Shown in pieces: positions 59,504-64,000 of a stretch of 64,000 nt of DNA. The stretch's first letter is position 1; every line of letters begins with the position of its first letter. The translations under genes and the position numbers were made by a program. The stretch is taken from positions 128,001 to 192,000 of the forward strand of contig CP009479.1 of assembly GCA_000965745.1 (NCBI GenBank), in the 5' to 3' direction. The stretch is from an uncultured archaeon (GTDB taxonomy: Archaea > Thermoplasmatota > Thermoplasmata > Thermoplasmatales > Thermoplasmataceae). A model generated the notes under the pieces. It was not told where the DNA came from and searched no databases. It saw nothing but the letters and a program-made list of their open reading frames with translations.

Positions 59504-60361
59504 TTGAGCAAAACGGGAAAGGCGCCCGACGGAAGATCGACCGTTGAAGTCAGCATCATGGCGTTCGTGGAACGAAATATGCCACGTGGTGCGAGGGATG
59601 AGCTGACAGTCGAGGAACCCATGGAAATAAGGATCTGCAGGGAAGGGATGGCAGACTGCAGGACCATCTCAGTTACGATGAGAACTCCCGGCAGGGATGT
59701 GGAGCTTTCCGCCGGGTTCCTTTTCACAGAAGGGATCATAAAGAGTGTTGAAGACATTTTATCCATAGGGCATCCAGGTCCGGACGATCCAAACAGCAGG
59801 AACGCGGTTGAGGCCAGCATTTCGGATGAGCGGTACAGGGAGAGTTCGGGTTACACCAGAAGCTTTAATGCCAATTCCAGCTGTGGTGTCTGCGGCAAGA
59901 GCAACATAAACGAGATATTCCTGAAAGGAAGAAAAGTCATCAGGAGCACCCTTTCTGTTTCAGCATCGACAATATTGTCACTTCCGGGAATAATGACAGG
60001 GGAGCAGGCAATTTTCTCAAAAACCGGTGGGGCACATGCTGCGGCCCTTTTCAGCGTGGAAGGCAAATTGCTGGCCGTGGAGGAGGATGTCGGAAGGCAT
60101 AATGCAGTTGACAAGGCGATAGGAAAGTTGCTCCTCGGCAAACTCGCGGACCCTTCAGGCTGCATATTGCAGGCCAGTGGACGGGCCGGATTCGAGATAG
60201 TTCAGAAGGCCATAGTGGCCGGCATCCCGGTCATAAGCTCAGTCTCCGCTCCCACATCGCTCGCGGTTGAGGCTGCGGAGGCATTCAATGCCACCGTAAT
60301 CGGCTTTGCAAGGAATGGCAGGTTCAATGTTTACACACACAGTGAAAGGGTCGTTCCGTGA
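59504..60361 (+). CDS. fdhD: Formate dehydrogenase accessory sulfurtransferase
   Basis: EEP, MRTPG.D.EL..GFL..EG, SSCGVCG, TGG.HAA, EDVGRHNAVDK, SAPTSLA. Confidence 0.95.
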   Translation: MSKTGKAPDGRSTVEVSIMAFVERNMPRGARDELTVEEPMEIRICREGMADCRTISVTMRTPGRDVELSAGFLFTEGIIKSVEDILSIGHPGPDDPNSRNAVEASISDERYRESSGYTRSFNANSSCGVCGKSNINEIFLKGRKVIRSTLSVSASTILSLPGIMTGEQAIFSKTGGAHAAALFSVEGKLLAVEEDVGRHNAVDKAIGKLLLGKLADPSGCILQASGRAGFEIVQKAIVAGIPVISSVSAPTSLAVEAAEAFNATVIGFARNGRFNVYTHSERVVP

Positions 60362-60534
60362 AAGTATAGTTTCAGTGATTCAGGTAACCGGATACATTTT
60401 GAAGATTTCAACAACTTCCATGATTGGAAACAAGAAGAGTCCAGGCCTGCAGTTCCATAGGGTGCAGTCCGTGCTGCGCCCTGATGCATTCGGCCATGGG
60501 GATTTTCAGGCTTATGCGGCCAAAACGGCCTGCA

Positions 60535-62367
60535 TCATTCCATGAGCCGCTCAATGAACTTCATTTCAGCAAGCCGATCCTCTCTGCATATCACATGATA
60601 ATAATACGTTCCCAGGGGGGAAAAATTCAGCTTGTATTTTTCGGCGGTCTCATAGTTTGAAATGCCTGCAACGTAATAGCCCTCGGCGACCGCATATGAT
60701 ACCGAGTTGAAGTTTCCGACCTCAGCAGTCAGGCCATAGAACTCGTCCTGTGAAATGCCCGATGATTCTGCAAGTCCGTCAAGCATCTGGTATGCCCCTT
60801 CTCCACTGCCCGGTATTGCTATGGCACTTCCCGTGTCGATGAGCGATTTGAGTTTTGAGGCCCCTTCAGAGACGGGTTCCCTTGAAACTATCCCTATATC
60901 CTTTTTTGTCTTCCATATGCCGGCCAATCCGGAACCGCTTTCATCCGGAGCATACACTGGCAAATCTGCAGCTTCCGACCCCGTAATGATTCCCGCGGCA
61001 TCTGCGTACCCTTTCAGTACGGAGTTCAGGGCCACGTGGTGCCCGGTCTTGATTACTTTAAGCCTGTTATCCGCTGCGAGCCTGTCCAGGGATTCATCAT
61101 TCTCTCCAGTTACTACATACTGTGAATCTTCCACGCTCCTTCCGAACAGGACTATCTTCACACTTTCGCCTTCTTCGACCGTTCTCGTGTCCCCCTCCAC
61201 TGAAATGTAACCGTCTGCCCTGAGCAATCTCGATATAGAGCCTGAGCCGCCATGGATTGGAAATGCAATGACCCTGTCCCTCCTGACCACCGAAACAGGG
61301 ATGAGGTTCAGTTTTCCAAGGTCAAGGCTGAACTTTCCGGCGAGTTCCCCCTCAATGTATCGGTCCTCGGACCTGAGGCCGGCCTCCCTCAGTATCTGCG
61401 GGAAGAATATGGTGAGGAACGTCATCATTGCAGACACCGGGAACCCCGGAAGGCCAATGATGATCTTGTCCCCTTTCCGGGAAAGCAGGGTCGGTTTCCC
61501 CGGCTTGATCTTTATTCCATGGAAAACTATGCCCGGGTCATACTCGCCGAGTATCCTGTACACCATATCCTTTTCCCCGGCAGATGTGCTGCCTGAAACA
61601 ATCAGGATGTCATTTTCCTCGCTGTACGAGTTGAGGCTTGACCTTATCAGGTCCTCCCTGTCAGGCAGGGTTCCGTAAAGGGTTATGTCGAACGCAGGCC
61701 CTTCGGACTCTATGATCGATTTTATTGCCCTACCGTTAGACTCGTAAATCCTGCCCTTTTCAAGTGCTTCGCCCGGCTGAATCAGCTCGTCGCCGGTTGA
61801 GACTATTCCAATCTTCATCTTCCTGATGACCTCAACCTCACTGATCCCTAGTGTCGAAATCACAGCCAGCTCCCTTGGGCCTATACGGGCACCCTTTCTT
61901 ACGATAAGTTCGCCTTCCGGCACATCCGAGCCTGCCAGCGCTATGTTCTCGCCCTTCCTGACAGGCCTGTACACCCTCAAGGTGCCTTCATCCTCGTGGG
62001 TGTATTCAACCATTACAACCGCGTCAGCCCCTTCGGGCATGACCGCTCCAGTGGGAATGTAAACACAGGTCCCCGGCTCCACCTTTGCCGCCGGAGGGCT
62101 GCCCATAAGGATCCTTCCTGAGACCTTCAGTTCAGAGGGGCTGCTCTCCGAAGTGTCCTCAAGGTCTTCCGATCTCACTGCAAAGCCGTCCTTTACCGAC
62201 CTGTTGAATGGAGGGGAGTTTATTGGGGATATTATGCCGGATGCGAGAACCCTTCCAAGGGATTCGTCAAGCGATATACGCTCCGGAGGGAGTGAAAGAA
62301 CAATATTTTCAGAAGCAAGCCTCTTTGCATTTTCCGTATCGATAAGGCTGTGGAAAATATGGGCCAT
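60535..62367 (-). CDS. moeA: MoeA fused to a periplasmic-binding-protein-like domain
   Basis: PPFNRS..DGFA, TGA..P.GADAV, STGDEL, KPGKPT, LPGFPVS; extra C-terminal domain. Confidence 0.92.
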   Translation of the reverse strand: MAHIFHSLIDTENAKRLASENIVLSLPPERISLDESLGRVLASGIISPINSPPFNRSVKDGFAVRSEDLEDTSESSPSELKVSGRILMGSPPAAKVEPGTCVYIPTGAVMPEGADAVVMVEYTHEDEGTLRVYRPVRKGENIALAGSDVPEGELIVRKGARIGPRELAVISTLGISEVEVIRKMKIGIVSTGDELIQPGEALEKGRIYESNGRAIKSIIESEGPAFDITLYGTLPDREDLIRSSLNSYSEENDILIVSGSTSAGEKDMVYRILGEYDPGIVFHGIKIKPGKPTLLSRKGDKIIIGLPGFPVSAMMTFLTIFFPQILREAGLRSEDRYIEGELAGKFSLDLGKLNLIPVSVVRRDRVIAFPIHGGSGSISRLLRADGYISVEGDTRTVEEGESVKIVLFGRSVEDSQYVVTGENDESLDRLAADNRLKVIKTGHHVALNSVLKGYADAAGIITGSEAADLPVYAPDESGSGLAGIWKTKKDIGIVSREPVSEGASKLKSLIDTGSAIAIPGSGEGAYQMLDGLAESSGISQDEFYGLTAEVGNFNSVSYAVAEGYYVAGISNYETAEKYKLNFSPLGTYYYHVICREDRLAEMKFIERLME

Positions 62368-63603
62368 TTACACAGTTCCCCCGGTAAGGGTAACCCAGAC
62401 ATATTCGCCTTTTTCCATGCCTTCCACCGATTCCGGCACTACTGCGAGGCCGTTTGACATGAGAAGCGTGGATATCATTCCCGAGCCTGTAGACCTGAGA
62501 GGGGTGGCGTCAAGGGAATCTGTTGACCTTGAAAGAGCTATCCTCACAAAGGACCTCATGCCACCATTGTTTATCAGCCTCTCTGTAAGCCTTGCCCGTA
62601 TGACCTGCCTGCTGTCATTGTATTCCAGGATGTCGATCATGAAGCGGTCAAAGAAAGCCTCGAATGAAGTAAGTGCTGCAACCGGAAGGCCCGAAACGGA
62701 GAATACAGGCTTTCCACTTATCTCGAAGAGGGCTATTGTCCTTCCCGGCTTTATCATTACTCCCCTGAAGACCTGTTTCCCGATGTCCGAAAGGACTGCT
62801 GCGGAATAATCGCTCCTGCCTATGCTTGAACCTCCTGTTACAACAAGTATGTCCACGTTTTCAAGCGCATTCTGGACCCCCTTCTTTATGGCATCATATT
62901 CATCCGGGCAGACTCCCTCGTTTGTTGTGTTGATGTGCCCCTGCCTGAAGTAATTTATCAGCAGAGGCTGCGTAGTGTTCCTTATGCCGGAGAGTGAGCC
63001 CGGGACAATTTCATTCCCTGTCGAAATCACCCCAAGGTTGATTCTCCTGTAAACTTTTACCCTCTGCCTGCCCACTGCGATCATTGCAGCCACGTGCCAG
63101 GATTTGATCACATCGCCCCTGGCGATAATCCTCTTTCCCGACGCTATATCTTCGCCCTTTCTGGATACATTCTCCCATATTCTCGCGGACTGCTCCACGA
63201 AGAGAGTATCGCCGTACAACGATGCGTATTCAGCCATTATGACGGCATCTGCTCCGGGTGGCAGCCTTGCCCCGGTGTTAATCTCGCTGCATGTCCCGCG
63301 TTCAATTCGTGATGAGCCTTCAAATCCTGAGCTTCCTGTTACCGTGAGCGAAACAGGATTCTCTGCACTCGCACCCGAAACATCCCTCCGCCTCAGCGCG
63401 AACCCGTCAACTGCGCTTCTGTCGTAAGCGGGAACATCCTTCCCCGCCTTGACATCCTCCGCGATAACCATGTCCATGGATGATTCCACATCCACTTCAA
63501 TAATGCTGATTTTTCTCCAGGGGATGTCTTTGACTCTTGAGGTTGCCTCCTCGAAGGAGATAAGGTGCCTCAAACCGGACATTTTCCCCTTGACTCCGGC
63601 CAT
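62368..63603 (-). CDS. moeA: Molybdopterin molybdotransferase MoeA
   Basis: DRSAVDGFA, TGA.LP.GADAV, STGNE, TGGSS.G..D, KPG. Confidence 0.93.
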   Translation of the reverse strand: MAGVKGKMSGLRHLISFEEATSRVKDIPWRKISIIEVDVESSMDMVIAEDVKAGKDVPAYDRSAVDGFALRRRDVSGASAENPVSLTVTGSSGFEGSSRIERGTCSEINTGARLPPGADAVIMAEYASLYGDTLFVEQSARIWENVSRKGEDIASGKRIIARGDVIKSWHVAAMIAVGRQRVKVYRRINLGVISTGNEIVPGSLSGIRNTTQPLLINYFRQGHINTTNEGVCPDEYDAIKKGVQNALENVDILVVTGGSSIGRSDYSAAVLSDIGKQVFRGVMIKPGRTIALFEISGKPVFSVSGLPVAALTSFEAFFDRFMIDILEYNDSRQVIRARLTERLINNGGMRSFVRIALSRSTDSLDATPLRSTGSGMISTLLMSNGLAVVPESVEGMEKGEYVWVTLTGGTV

Positions 63604-63761
63604 AAGTACACTAACACCTTCTCGTTAATGAATGATTCCAACCTTGAAATCAATAGAGGCGGCATTGATTCCTGCATACCATTACTGCAATAAGGAAATC
63701 ATTTGGAATAAATGCTAAAATGCCCCTGCAATGGTTATATCCGCCCACAGGCTAGTTGTCC

Positions 63762-64000
63762 ATGTCCACAAGGACAGTGAATCCGTATAGCGGAGAAACA
63801 CTGGAAGAATACGAGGAGGACAACGATTCTGAAATCCGCAGGAAAATAAGCGGCCTGAGAAAGTCCCAGGCGGAATGGGGCAGAGACGTGGATGAGAGGA
63901 TAAGGTATCTTGAAAAGGAGCTGAGGCCGAGGCTTCAGAACAGCAGGATGAAACTTGCGAAGCTCGTCTCGACCGAGATGGGCAAGCCGATACAGCAGAG
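63762..64000 (+). CDS. Aldehyde dehydrogenase family protein, runs off window end
   Basis: Manual translation MSTRTVNPYSGE...ER...EMGKPI. Confidence 0.85.
   Translation, partial: MSTRTVNPYSGETLEEYEEDNDSEIRRKISGLRKSQAEWGRDVDERIRYLEKELRPRLQNSRMKLAKLVSTEMGKPIQQ

Noticed and set aside
1-64000. CRISPR array, tRNA, rRNA, integrase or replication origin
   Set aside because: No spaced repeats, cloverleafs, recombinase motifs or cdc6/ORB pattern were seen by eye; dedicated scans would be needed to exclude them.

Overview
Archaeal chromosome segment, most likely Thermoplasmatales. Evidence: an HU-type HTa chromatin protein alongside archaeal aIF2-gamma, S6e, DnaG, fused Kae1-Bud32 and twin MoeA. About 1-34.3 kb and 50.6-64 kb are housekeeping: fixCXAB, translation and tRNA modification genes, speE, dnaG, a Lon-like ATPase, a Mo/W ABC transporter, ilvD, Moco biosynthesis, a glcD/F-like dehydrogenase and a peroxiredoxin. 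A defence-type island (~34.5-48.8 kb) is bracketed by two same-orientation ISL3 copies. It holds a type I R-M operon with an extra PD-(D/E)XK-like gene nested between hsdM and hsdS and a small Cys/His gene coupled to hsdR, a membrane protein + class III nucleotidyl cyclase pair (Pycsar-like), and an unannotated two-gene module (36816-38952). The most striking observation is that this module has a divergent paralogous copy just outside the island (48847-50567) in the same gene order. In that copy the nuclease motif appears lost and the C-terminus carries a PCNA-binding (PIP)-like motif. No tRNA, rRNA or CRISPR array was recognised. All homology statements come from by-eye motif reading; no searches were run.
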